Shown here: positions 37,422 to 48,847 of the stretch, one piece after another | Numbering within the stretch: position 1 is the first letter of the stretch | Layout: each line of letters starts with the position of its first letter | Source: Schizosaccharomyces osmophilus | Lineage: Eukaryota | Assembly (NCBI RefSeq): GCF_027921745.1 | Contig: NC_079240.1 | Coordinates: 1,426,001-1,490,000, forward strand | Direction of reading: 5' to 3' | DNA length: 64,000 nucleotides | Notes under the pieces: generated by a model | What the model was told of the DNA's origin: nothing | The model's database searches: none | What the model saw: only the letters and a program-made list of their open reading frames with translations | Position numbers and translations under genes: made by a program

Positions 37422-39125
37422 ATGAAAACAGAAGTTCTACAAATAAGATGGCATTACGATGCTAATGACGACCACACGCCGATTTATTCTGTCGATTTCC
37501 AAAAAAATGGAAATAATAGATTTGCTACATGCGGAGGGGACAGTAAAATAAGGGTATGAACGATCAATGGGAAGAAAGCTATTCATGACAGTACACGCTT
37601 TCGAGAGTTAAATTTATTAACAGGGTAGATTTGGAAATATACATGCGATTATGAAAGTATGAACCCGAAAATTGAATTTCTATCTACACTAAGTCGACAT
37701 GCACAAGCCGTGAATGTTGCTCGATTTAGTCCACAAGGTAATTTACTCAGGAAATAAGACTAAGTTTTGCATTTGCTAATTTTCTCAGGAGACATATTAG
37801 CGACAGCTGGAGACGAGGGTACTATCTTTCTTTGGGTTCCATCTTCTACTCCAGCAGCTACGCTGGCAGATGATGCCGAAGAGCTTGCGCTTGCAAAAGA
37901 ATTTTGGAAAGTAAAAACTGTATGTCGTTCTATGGGTGCAGAAGTTTATGATATTTGCTGGTCTCCGGATGGAAATTATTTAATTGCAGGTGCAATGGAC
38001 AATAGTACACGGATATACAATACGCAAACAGGTAATATGAACCATTCGCGATTATTGTTGACTAATTGGTTTTGTGTAGGGCAGTTATTGTTTCAGAACT
38101 TCGACCACCTTCATTATGTTCAGGGTGTAGCTTGGGATCCTCTGAAGGAATATGTGGTGACTCAAAGCAGCGATCGGTCAATATGTGTTTATAAATTTGA
38201 AAAACAAATAAGAGACTCCTCACTTCCTCAGTTAAATTTCAAGTCACGAATCCATCGCATAGAATACTTGAATACTCATAATTCAAAGTCATCTTCTATT
38301 ACGACACAACAAACCAGCGATATCGAAGTGGATAATGTTCAAGACAACAATTCCAAAGACGAAGCTTATAGCTTGGACCCTGATCCTCAGACAAATGCGA
38401 ATTTAGATGCTGTATCTGAAAGTGGCACGGAAAATGCATCTAAAATTACTTATTCTTTATACTGTAATGAAACGCTTGTTTCATTTTTTCGTCGCCCAAC
38501 ATTTTCTCCAGATGGCTTTCTATTGATTACTCCAGCTGGTAAGCTTCGATTACACGGTCAGCCGAATACTGAATCAATACATACCGTGTACATATATACC
38601 AGGTCAAGCATTCTAAGGCAACCTGTAGCTTCTCTAACTGGATTCCCAAAGCCAGCAATTGCTGTGCGTTTTTCTCCTAAAATATATGAACTAAGACAAG
38701 TCTCGAAGCATAGTCCGCCGTCTTCATGCATTGAACTCCCCTATCGGATGATTTTTGCAATTGCTTGCCAAGATGCCGTTTATATTTATGATACCCAATC
38801 CTGCAAACCATTTTATAGAGCTGCAAACCTTCATTACTCTACCCTAACTGATCTGGCCTGGAGTGATGACGGTACCGTTCTCTTAATGACTTCTATAGAT
38901 GGGTTTTGTTCTAGCATAAAATTCACACATGAAGAGTTAGGAAATCTTTACGAGCAACAACTTGCTGTTCCGGCGAAGGAAACAACACCAGCTGTAACCG
39001 TTTCGATCCCTGCCAAACCCGAAAAGGAATCCAAGTCTTCCAAAGAATCTAAAGTGAAGGAAAATGATCCTTCCCAACCTCAGAAAAAGAGAATTGCGCC
39101 TACTCCCCTATATCCCCAAAACTAA
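37422..39125 (+). CDS. pcf2: CAF-1 p60 subunit (Cac2/CHAF1B), WD40; 4 exons
   Basis: Exons 37422-37553, 37629-37737, 37789-38031, 38080-39125. LQIRWH..PIYSVDF, LSTLSRHAQAVN.ARFSP, HYVQGVAWDP, SFFRRPTFSPDG, and C-terminal B-domain KKRIAPT. Confidence 0.93.
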
Positions 39126-39598
39126 CTTATATTGAAATCTGGTATCTGCCTTTTTCAGAATTAACATTTAATTGATATATGAAATAGTAAACTGCTAAAA
39201 CAAGTTCATTGTATTTGAATCTGATAAGCATTATATTGGTTTTCTTAGAGTTTTCGGCATTGATTCAAAAATACTTAGTTTTATGCAATGTTAGTATTAC
39301 TGACGTTTCAATATTTCAATATTTCAGTTATAGCAATATTCTTTCTGTACTTCCCAATTATTTGAAACGAATTCAACATCTTTGGAATTGTCCTTCAACT
39401 CGTTTTCATCATTCCTTTACATGAGTTGCTCCAATTCAAAACCTCTACCTCGCAAATAACTAACTCCAAATACACAGCATTCTTCAAATTCCTGTATTAC
39501 TATATATATAAAACAAAGGCTAATTCTCGGTTTGCAGTTGTCGGTTGGCCTAAAAGCTACAGGCACTACAGTACTTCAAGTCAAAGGAAATTACCATC

Positions 39599-41957
39599 AT
39601 GGAAGACAGCGTTGAGTTCTTTAGTAAAGATAGGTTATCCTTGGTTATATCAGACCAAAAGGAATTACTGAGAAACATAATTCCACTCAAAAACTGGGTT
39701 ATAGGAAGGAATGATAGAAAGGAATTAGCAATTAAAGCCGGAGCCCCAAAAGTTTTATTGAATTTGTTTTCTTCTAAGGAATCATCTTTAGAAGAAAAAT
39801 ATGAGGTATTTATCGTGCTTAATTCGCTTATGGCAAACGATAAAAAAGCGTTTGTTCACTTTTTACGCCCAGAGGACCTTTTATCTGTGATTGAATTGGT
39901 TTCAGCCAAAGAAGATGTCCCAAAGAATGTTTTTATTATAATTCTGAAAGTATTCACGATCATGCTTAGCTTTGATCAAGCTGCTGAATTTGTAACCCAA
40001 GTGCATTTCTCACGTCTTTTTAATCGTCTGTTTGATTTATACTGTTTACCGACACAAAAAAAGTATCCTTTATTCGACGATATTCAGATTTCTTCTTTAG
40101 CTGCTTCGGTTCTGGACCATATGGTCTCATCAAGAAACCCACAAGTGGATTCGGTACCATCCTTTTGTAATACTATATTCTCTACGATTGCTTTTACATC
40201 ACGGCTGAAAGAGTCAGTTCGGTACAGATATTTTAAGAGCTGCGATACTTTAATCGTCAACTCGCTCGCTATATTAAATTCGTACTTCAAAGTGTTTTCC
40301 TTGCGTGCGAACCTGCCACGTAGTATTGAGTTGGAAGGGGAAAATGATTATGAAGAACTGGGTGATTTGAAAAATCTAAGGTTTTCCTTATTTGGGGACA
40401 AGATGAGTGAACGAATTTTTGAACTATTTAGCTTAGCCCGGGAATATCATTCTTCTATCCGATTGCTGGCTCTCTCTTGCTTAGTGACACTCTACAAAAG
40501 CGGTATTCTTGGAAAGGATTCGGAAGAAGATATTAAGTTTATAGTCATTCCCATCTTAATTCGACTCTTTTCTCAGTCTCAAGAAACCCAGCAGATAGCT
40601 CCTCGTTTGTTGGCGATGCTTGTCAATGAAAACGAAGTAATGCAAAAAGTCGCAGCCAATGCGAATGTTATTATATCTGCCAAGGAATTACTGAATAAAG
40701 TCGTGAAACATAGTAACGATGAATATCCGATAACGGAGGTCGGCTGTTTAACTGATGCCCTAAGGCTTCCAACGAATACAAAAGAACAGAATGATCTTAT
40801 AATGGAGGTATGTTGTTTATTTTTTTAATCTGTTTCTAACCACTATTAAGTCTCTTCTTTTATTCATTGCCGCCCTAACAACTTCCAAGGACGAATATCG
40901 GAAGATGGTTGTGGATGCCAACTATCTACCTATCATAATTGATGCCTTGTCTAATGATTCAAAAGATATAAGAAAAGCAGCTTGTGAATGCATATTGAGT
41001 TTAACGAGAAGTGTCTATATCTTAAGGACAGGATTAGCAGAAGCGGATCTTAATGAACCCTTAATGAAACTTTTAATTGATTCGGACGTTAGGGTCCAGT
41101 CATCAGCGATGGCCGTCGTCTGCAACTTGCTTTTGAAATTCTCTCCGCTTCGTAACAAGTTTTTAACGCCTGGTTTTATTGACGTTCTGGTTGCAAACAC
41201 TGCAGCCAAAGACAAGTCTTTACGAAGGAAAGCTGTATGGGCTTTGAGGAATAGCGTTTACGAGAATGATGAAAAACTAAAAAGGGATATCATTCAGAAA
41301 GTAGGGCACGATAGAGTTTTAGAACTTTGTAATGATGAAGACCTTGGTGTCCAGGAACAGATTCTCCAAGTCTTCAGGAATTTTGCTTGTCCCAAGGGTG
41401 AAGGTGTATATGATTTTCTTGAAGTTATATCATTGCCAGTTTTATTGAGCATTATTTATCAGAAACTTTTGACACACAATCCAGTTTTGATAGAACCTGG
41501 TATATTCACTTTGGTGCATATTGCATCTAGTGATGACGAATTTCGAGATGTTATTCTAGAAGAGAAAAACATACTATTACTTGTAAAAGATACTATGCTC
41601 AAAGAAGCCGAACGTTATCGGACTGAACATGTGTCAGATAATTCCAGTTCGACCGGTGGTAGCGAAGTGGAACTGCAAGACGATGAGTATGATTTGGAGA
41701 TGCGTCCTGCTTTTGATATTTTGGAAGAAGACACGCTAGAATCAAGTTCAGGGATCCTATTAGCCGGGATTTGGCTTTGCATAAGTTTATTATGGTCAAA
41801 CCAAGGATCAACGCCTACTGAACAAGATACTCAGGGAGCCAAGATTTTACGCGAACTAGGATTTGAAGATTGCTTGTATTTATTACAAAACCATCCATCT
41901 CCTGATGTCAGGGAAAGAATAAAGGATGCATTATCTCGTATTCACGTTTTCAATTAG
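39599..41957 (+). CDS. gid5: Armadillo-repeat GID complex subunit (Vid28/Gid5/ARMC8); 2 exons
   Basis: Two ORFs joined in frame by intron 40808-40850 (GTATGT..TCTAAC..AAG). LKNWVIG, SLTRSVYILRT, VCNLLLKFSP, LCNDEDLGVQEQ..FRN match ARMC8-type motifs. Confidence 0.85.
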
Positions 41958-42462
41958 TCTTTACAAAAGATGTTGTTATTCACGAGTCCCACGGATGCTC
42001 CACGAATTTAACACTCATAACGATACAATTCTACTTCTACGAATTTTTCTCCTTTTCCCTAAATGAGAAAAAAATATATTCACTAATGATATTATGTTTT
42101 AATTAACAATAGATGTAAATAAATGAACATCATTTGCGTTCTAAATGAAAGCTCAACAAACGGCGCACTTAAGAACTATGGATTCTTTCAAGCCAACTGT
42201 GACAAAAAGTAAAAAGAAACAACAACGAAAAACAATGGTAAAACATTTGTGTATAAAAATACTTACATAGAAAACACGAGAATTCGCAATTCTTGCTGAT
42301 GCTGTTAGATCCCCAATGACATCCCAACCACTCGTTAACCAACAATTTTACTAAACCAGTATTATACGAAATAGGCAGAATTGTTTCTACATTCCTTTAA
42401 TTTTGTTTGAAAAGATACCATTAGGGTAAGTATTTTCCTTATAAGGGTCTTCAAGCTTAAAG

Positions 42463-45400
42463 ATGGACGTCGACATTCAACTTGAAGAATTGTTCATGAA
42501 GAGACAAGTGCCTGGTGAAAACAAGGAGGAAACGTGGGAATCAGAGAAAAACACGAAGATGAGCTCCGATGGAAGCAGATCCTCTTTTGACGAGTTTACC
42601 TTTTCAACTCCTGAATATGAAACTGAAAATGGGGACGCGGCCATGCGAGAATTCTTCAAGTTTGACGAATTACCAAAAGAATCATCAACGCAATTTTTAA
42701 AAATTCCACCTTCGCTTTCTCTCGACTCATCTCCAAACTTGTCAAATTCTCAGGATGAAAGTGAAGAATCTCAGGATCGTTCGGCAGACTACATACGGCC
42801 TCACATTGACAATTCCTATCCTTTTCTTATGAGCGATTCTCAGTTCTCCAATGCACCCGTATTTTCTCCCGCGACAAACCTTCACATCGCTGATGACCAT
42901 TTCAATGGTACACCTGATGATCTATATGCAAACGGAGATGCTGACAAGCAATTCCTTGATCTATCAGGTACCGATTTTTGTGCTGCGGCCGCAAATCCTT
43001 CATATTTAAATAATCAAATTTTTCCGAGCGCCGATTTGCCTACTAAGGTACCTTTTTTGTATCCTCAAAGCGAATCTCTTCCTAAATCGTCTGCTCCGTT
43101 CCCCGAACATCAAGATTATACTTTATCTGTTAATCATATCCCCGCTGTCAACGAGCAAAAATGGAGGTCAAGGGTAGAAACTAATATGCTATTTCAGGTT
43201 CAAATTCGAAAGGCTGATGGCGGAACCGTTCCTTATAAATATATCCGTTTACCCAATTGGGCCCATCGTGAAGAGAAGAAAAAGTCTTTGAAGAAATCGG
43301 TAAGCTCTGTGGATCCTCAAGAATATTTACAATTAATTCCGACCGTAATAACTGGTGATAATGCTAGCAATGTTGTTCACACATGCTGTATTCGCTGCTT
43401 ACTTCGTGAAAGGAAGCGCAATGCTCGTTCGCAAGCAACGAAAGATGCTTGTATGCCTAATTACGCAAAACTCAAAGCATACGAGCGTACCATGGCGGAT
43501 GCTACACCAGAGCAAAAGCATGATTTTCGAATACAACTTCTCAATCAATTCCCAAAATTAGAAGACATTGATGAAGAAAGAATGATTATGGTTTTTACTG
43601 GTCCTGAATTCGTACCGCTTGAGTCAACTCAACATGGAAAAGTTGCCCATATCAATGCCAGAATAACATGCTACTCGTCGCATCAGTCTTGCCCTTATTT
43701 CCGTTTAACATGGGATCTGTATTCTTCATCAAGCCTTGTAGCCCGTCTTTCCTTTCCGGAACCTATAACCGTACTTGATGATCATAAAAGCCGAAATACA
43801 CCTAAAGTCATCAGACAAGGGAAAAAGTTGAATCCTGCCGATAATCATTCTAGGCAGAAAAATTTTTCACCGGCTTTAATTGATACAGTTAAGGGACCTA
43901 CTGAAAAGCGAAGAAGGACATTGTCTGACATAAATTCTCATCTTCTTCCTCAGCAATGGAGTAAACCAGGTGTGATTCCTGAAGCTTCTGATGTTCTTGA
44001 GGAGAATGCTGCTAGTGTAGTTTCGAACAAACCTACATTTCATATGCCTAATGATTGTTCGGCAACTCCTTCTACTAATGACGATCATGTTTTACACGTT
44101 CCACGTGATACGATTAATAAAGAATCTATGGAGATGGAAGCAATACCCATTTCCCATGAGTTTTCTCAGTACAGTCAATTTTTAAACGCCTTTTCAGAAA
44201 ACGATGACCCCAATATAGGGCCTTTTACGTCAAACGTTGATCCCTACCAGTCGATTCCCGAGACAACCCATTCTAATAAGCAGAGCATAAGTAGTGCCGC
44301 TTCTGCCACACCAAGCTCTCTCCAGCCCAGGGATCCTCTTATTTCTCGTATTATACCCAACAAAGGATCAATTATGGGTGGTTATGAAGTAACTATTCTA
44401 GGTGCTAATTTTTTCAACGGTCTTGTCTGTTTGTTTGGGGAAACTCCAGCAGCTGTGACTTTTTCTTGGAGTGATTCAACAATTATTGCAACGTGTCCTC
44501 CTGCAGCAGTGGCTGAAACAGTTCCTGTAAAATTCTTTAATTATTCTATGGAAACAAGTGGCTCAAATGCTACATTTACCTATGAGGATAACCTCGATAA
44601 CGAACTTTTTAAGTTGACGGTACAAGTCCTTGGTTTGAAGCTTACTGGAACGGTTCAAAACCCTTTAACGCTGTCTAAGAAGCTCTTAAGCTCATGGAGG
44701 GATGATTTTGCTCAATATATCACGAACTCTATAAAACCAACCTCTAACCAAGGCTGTGAAACTAGTCATGATTGTATGAACGAAAAGATTGAGTCTTTAA
44801 GAAGTATGGTAACTCAGGTCGCGAAGGAGCATAATGTTCCATTCCCGGACAGTGTTGAAAACACTGTATTGGCCGCTTTGTCTATAGTAGAAGAGACAGA
44901 GACAACGTTTCCTACTGACTTTGATGTTGTAAATGAATTTGGTCGTACACTACTGCACTATTCCGTTGCCGCTGGCCTTGGTTCCGCTACAACGCTCCTA
45001 ATTAACAACGGAGCAGATATAAATAAAAGGGATTCTTTGGGTTACACACCTCTGCATTATGCTGCACTCTACGAATATCCTGACATCTATTTACGCTTAC
45101 TTTCAAAAGGTGCATTACCGGACTTAGCTGGTGCTAACGATCAATGTGCGAATGATTTAGCCAGTGTGAAGTTCAAGAGTTTGGTTGCCGAAAAGAAAGA
45201 AATGGACTTTGCTTTAATCGATGAAAAGTCTGGAGCTGAATCTGGCCTAAGTTTGAAACAATCAAGCACTATAGAGGAAATCAAAGAAAAATTATGGATA
45301 CGGTCATCAACGCTATTTCCTTCTTTACATGAGTTACCCCAGAACTACATGAGTGAAGTTCCGTTACTTATGCAGAAAGCTATGGTTTCTACCTTGAGAA

Positions 45401-45753
45401 GCATATCCGCTATTCCTGATGATGTTCCTCCTCCCTATTCTGAAGTTGCCAACGAAGGTTATGTACCTCAAGCTATTTCTAATGATCCTTCAAAGGATGC
45501 TGATCATAACAAAAGTGCTTGGTGGTCACTAAAATGGCAATCACGCTTGGTTGGTCGAGGAAAAACGAGTGCTCTGACTCCGGAAGAAACAAAAGCCATT
45601 CAAGAGCAAGCAAAAACGTTGAAAAAAGCAGGAATGGATTTGATGCTTTTCTCTTTTTGGCTTCCTGCTCTGTTGGTTTTGACGATTTTTGGACTTCGGA
45701 GTTATGCACAGTTAATCGGAGGATATTTATATCAATTTATAATTGGTGCCTGA
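42463..45753 (+). CDS. mga2: Membrane-bound IPT/ankyrin transcription factor Mga2/Spt23
   Basis: SRVETN, C..C..RERKR, RITCY, IPT domain (ISRIIPNKGSIMGGYEVTILG), ankyrin repeats (GRTLLHY, GYTPLHYAA), PPPY motif and C-terminal TM. Confidence 0.93.
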   Translation: MDVDIQLEELFMKRQVPGENKEETWESEKNTKMSSDGSRSSFDEFTFSTPEYETENGDAAMREFFKFDELPKESSTQFLKIPPSLSLDSSPNLSNSQDESEESQDRSADYIRPHIDNSYPFLMSDSQFSNAPVFSPATNLHIADDHFNGTPDDLYANGDADKQFLDLSGTDFCAAAANPSYLNNQIFPSADLPTKVPFLYPQSESLPKSSAPFPEHQDYTLSVNHIPAVNEQKWRSRVETNMLFQVQIRKADGGTVPYKYIRLPNWAHREEKKKSLKKSVSSVDPQEYLQLIPTVITGDNASNVVHTCCIRCLLRERKRNARSQATKDACMPNYAKLKAYERTMADATPEQKHDFRIQLLNQFPKLEDIDEERMIMVFTGPEFVPLESTQHGKVAHINARITCYSSHQSCPYFRLTWDLYSSSSLVARLSFPEPITVLDDHKSRNTPKVIRQGKKLNPADNHSRQKNFSPALIDTVKGPTEKRRRTLSDINSHLLPQQWSKPGVIPEASDVLEENAASVVSNKPTFHMPNDCSATPSTNDDHVLHVPRDTINKESMEMEAIPISHEFSQYSQFLNAFSENDDPNIGPFTSNVDPYQSIPETTHSNKQSISSAASATPSSLQPRDPLISRIIPNKGSIMGGYEVTILGANFFNGLVCLFGETPAAVTFSWSDSTIIATCPPAAVAETVPVKFFNYSMETSGSNATFTYEDNLDNELFKLTVQVLGLKLTGTVQNPLTLSKKLLSSWRDDFAQYITNSIKPTSNQGCETSHDCMNEKIESLRSMVTQVAKEHNVPFPDSVENTVLAALSIVEETETTFPTDFDVVNEFGRTLLHYSVAAGLGSATTLLINNGADINKRDSLGYTPLHYAALYEYPDIYLRLLSKGALPDLAGANDQCANDLASVKFKSLVAEKKEMDFALIDEKSGAESGLSLKQSSTIEEIKEKLWIRSSTLFPSLHELPQNYMSEVPLLMQKAMVSTLRSISAIPDDVPPPYSEVANEGYVPQAISNDPSKDADHNKSAWWSLKWQSRLVGRGKTSALTPEETKAIQEQAKTLKKAGMDLMLFSFWLPALLVLTIFGLRSYAQLIGGYLYQFIIGA

Positions 45754-46643
45754 GATATGTGGTGATCCATTCTTATTTATTTATTTTTCTCTAATCGTTT
45801 CGTTTTCATTCTTTTTTTATCGTGTTATTTCTTAGATATATTCTAAAGGCGCGTTTTTATTTTTGTGTACATTTCTTTCGCATAAAATTAGAACTGCACG
45901 ATTATTTTACGCTAATTTACACCTCAAATATAGTTTTTGTTTTGTTCAATTGATACATTTAAGGTTTCGATATTGCTTTTTACAAATCCGATTCTGGAGT
46001 ATATGAAAAGTGATTCCAGTTCATTCATCAAGTAAATTGTCATGAGTTCATCTCCATTGAATGCCTTGTCATGGTTTAAACCTACAGAAGAAGATACTTA
46101 CCAAACAAATCATCATCCTTCAGAGTATCGTTATAATTCTGGTATTCAATTCTTTAGGGGAAGTTAGCTACTTATGCAAAGCTGTATATCTACAAGCCCT
46201 TTTCAATCAGAAAAATAGATACCAAATCTTTCCTTTTGAAAAGACTGGAATAGAATTTATTTTTATTAAGAACGACCGCTTCCTTAGAATCCGTTTGGTT
46301 GTGAGCAAGTATCTTGCTTATACAATCAGACAAATCCAATGGCGCTTCTCATGTCAGAGACACATTTATACTCTGTATCAAAGAAATCCATCAATAAACC
46401 TGTCGCCAGTAGCCTATTATTGTACCGCGCCATACGATAAAATCTTCCACACCAGTTTTCAGTAAACAGCTCGACAAAAGCAATCAAACTCATGTAAGTG
46501 GATTTCATAATAAGTCCTCTTCTCACATTATACCTCAAACCTGCGTGGGTCAAATGAAGCCAGCATAAAACAAAGAAAACTTCTTCCATTCATTGAATCT
46601 CTGTCATTTCTATTTTCATTTTAGATATATTTCTTTCTTTATC

Positions 46644-46651
46644 TGTGACTG
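46644..46651. promoter_or_regulatory. Homol D box between mga2 and pot1
   Basis: Exact TGTGACTG. It could serve pot1 (+, ATG 46765) or a minus-strand transcript. Confidence 0.5.
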
Positions 46652-46764
46652 AGTGGCTGCTTTTGTGCAATTAATGAATTTGGAACAACTGACGTCCTTA
46701 GAATACGTGTCTTGTCTTGTCAAACTAGCCAAGCACCATACGAAACTTTTACTTGACAAAGTTG

Positions 46765-48644
46765 ATGGAGGAACCCTCTATACAACATGATATTGAAGAC
46801 TTGTATTCGAACCAAAATGAAATTATAATCCGTGTAAGGTCAATTCATTGAAAAATTATATGAAGTATGAAGAGACTTACTTATTGATAATAGAATTCGC
46901 ATTACCATCCTATCAAGAAATGTCGGGAGAATAATTCCCAAAGATTCGTGACAAACCTATTTGGCATTGTTAAAGCATTCACACCCAAAAAACAAAGTCT
47001 TAGAGGGACATGTGGTAAGTGTGGATTGAAGGAATGGCATCCAATTTGATAAGAAAGTGAAAGCTTTTCAGACCCAATGGTTCGTATAAGGAATTGAAAG
47101 GCTATGGTGGATGGACCATGTTTCCTTCAAGTCTCGTCTCTTGCAGTTTGTAAGCTAATCCAAGTTTGTAACTAGACTGGGTAGTGACAGTAGAGCTTTG
47201 GGATCCTAGTTGTCATCCCGATGGCGAAGGTTTACGCATACACTTGTTCAGTAAAACTGAGTACGATCTCCCAGAAATCACCGAAGAAGGACAGATTCTT
47301 TTGCTGCAACACATAACAATTCGACCATACAGAGACAGCAAGCAGGGACTATCTAAGACCGACTTCACTTTCCAATTATGGAATAGAAATTTAGGGAATT
47401 CGGCGAGTAATACCTTCCGTTTGTTTCATGTAAGTACTGAGGAAGTTGAAGTCGCGAAACTACTAAAAATCTGCTGGCAAAAACACTTTGAGGCAGGGAT
47501 TACAGGGAATGGAACTCATCCTACTTTTATCCAGCTTCCTTCTCATAATGAACGTGAAGTTGGTAACAATCAGGAGATCAAAGTTGTTACTCTTTCCAAA
47601 ATTCGCCCTTCCCAGCGATTTACTTTCTACGGCCAGGTCATTAAAACATGGTATACCCAAAAAAACTTTACCTTGTTCGTCACTGATTTTTCCGAAAATG
47701 AAAATTTTTATCCAGTTACTCGCGAGACCGCTCCTCATATGCGATGGAAAGGTCCTCAGGGACGCTATTCTTTAAGGTGTATTCTTTGGGATGAGCATGA
47801 TTTTTACTGTCGTAATTACGTTCAAGAAGGGGACTACGTTTTCATTAAGAATGCCCGGGCCAAGCTTGATCGATTTGGTCAACTAGAATGTGTAATGCAT
47901 GGCGATCCTGGCCAGAAATATAAAAGCAGCATTGAAAAAGTCGATCCTAGTGTTTCTGAATTGAATAGCTTAAAGGAAAGAAAAAGAAGTTACGTAAAGA
48001 GTCAGGAAGTGTCCGAAGGCCCCGCTAATTCTGTAAATGATCAAGTCAATCCTTTCATTACGCGAGAAACCAACTATCCTGAAGCCGCTGATATAACTGC
48101 TCACGTCTATAATGATACAGTAGAAATTCCAATGACTACTATATCGACCCTTTTGCATTCTCCTCTTACTTCCGTTACAACACCTCGAAAGCATCGGCTC
48201 AGAGTGCAAGTTGTGGATTTTTGGCCTAGGGATTTGACTAATTTTTGTATCCCTATATCAAATTCTAGTATTACAGAATACAGATGGATGTTTGTCTTTC
48301 TTGTTAGAGATGCTTCAAAAACAACCCTGCCGATCATTTTTTATAGCGAAGATGCTCAAACTCTCTTTAATAGCTCTACTATTTATCCCTGCAATTTAAA
48401 TATTGAAAAACAAGTTTTACTTAGAATTCGGGAAAGATTATTTTTAATTTGGGGAAATTTGGAAGAGCGAGTAAGCAAACTTTTATCCAGGGGCATTTCA
48501 AGTGATCAAATTCCTAAAGAAATTGATGAAACTCCATGGTTTGATATATTTGTCATGGAGTACATACCTTTCAATAATGCTGACTCACAGCCAAAATCAT
48601 TTCTGTCAAAAAGATGGAGAGCTTTTGGAACAAGAATAATATAA
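46765..48644 (+). CDS. pot1: Shelterin ssDNA-binding protein Pot1; 3 exons
   Basis: Exons 46765-46833, 46894-47014, 47176-48644. NLFGIVKAFTP.KQSLRGTCDWVVTVELWDP, QVIKTWY, RCILWDEHDFYCRNY, KHRLRVQVVDFWP, RWRAFGTRII. Confidence 0.95.
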
Positions 48645-48847
48645 TCTAGTATTTTCCAATTCTTACAGTATATATTGTTTTAGCAAGAACTTTGACTATT
48701 AATGAACGGTTTTATTTAAAGAGTAATTAACTATAAAAAAGAAAAATATAAAGGCATCTAAGAATTCGTAATAAGTCGAAAAGAAATCTAATATCCAAAT
48801 TAAATACAGGCTTGCCGACGTCCGAAGTATGAAAATGGATCACTAAT

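Noticed and set aside
46071..46077. AAACCAT matching the snR30/U17 m2 motif (minus strand)
   Set aside because: No convincing m1 motif and no ACA box at the expected spacing.
46105..46135. ACGATACTCtgaAGGATgAT on the minus strand, reminiscent of the U3 snoRNA 5' end
   Set aside because: Box A is not intact and I found no properly placed B, C or terminal D boxes downstream.
46326..46589. 87-aa minus-strand ORF and overlapping 134-aa plus-strand ORF in the mga2-pot1 gap
   Set aside because: No recognisable domain and atypical composition; the nearby splice signals do not extend them into a credible protein.
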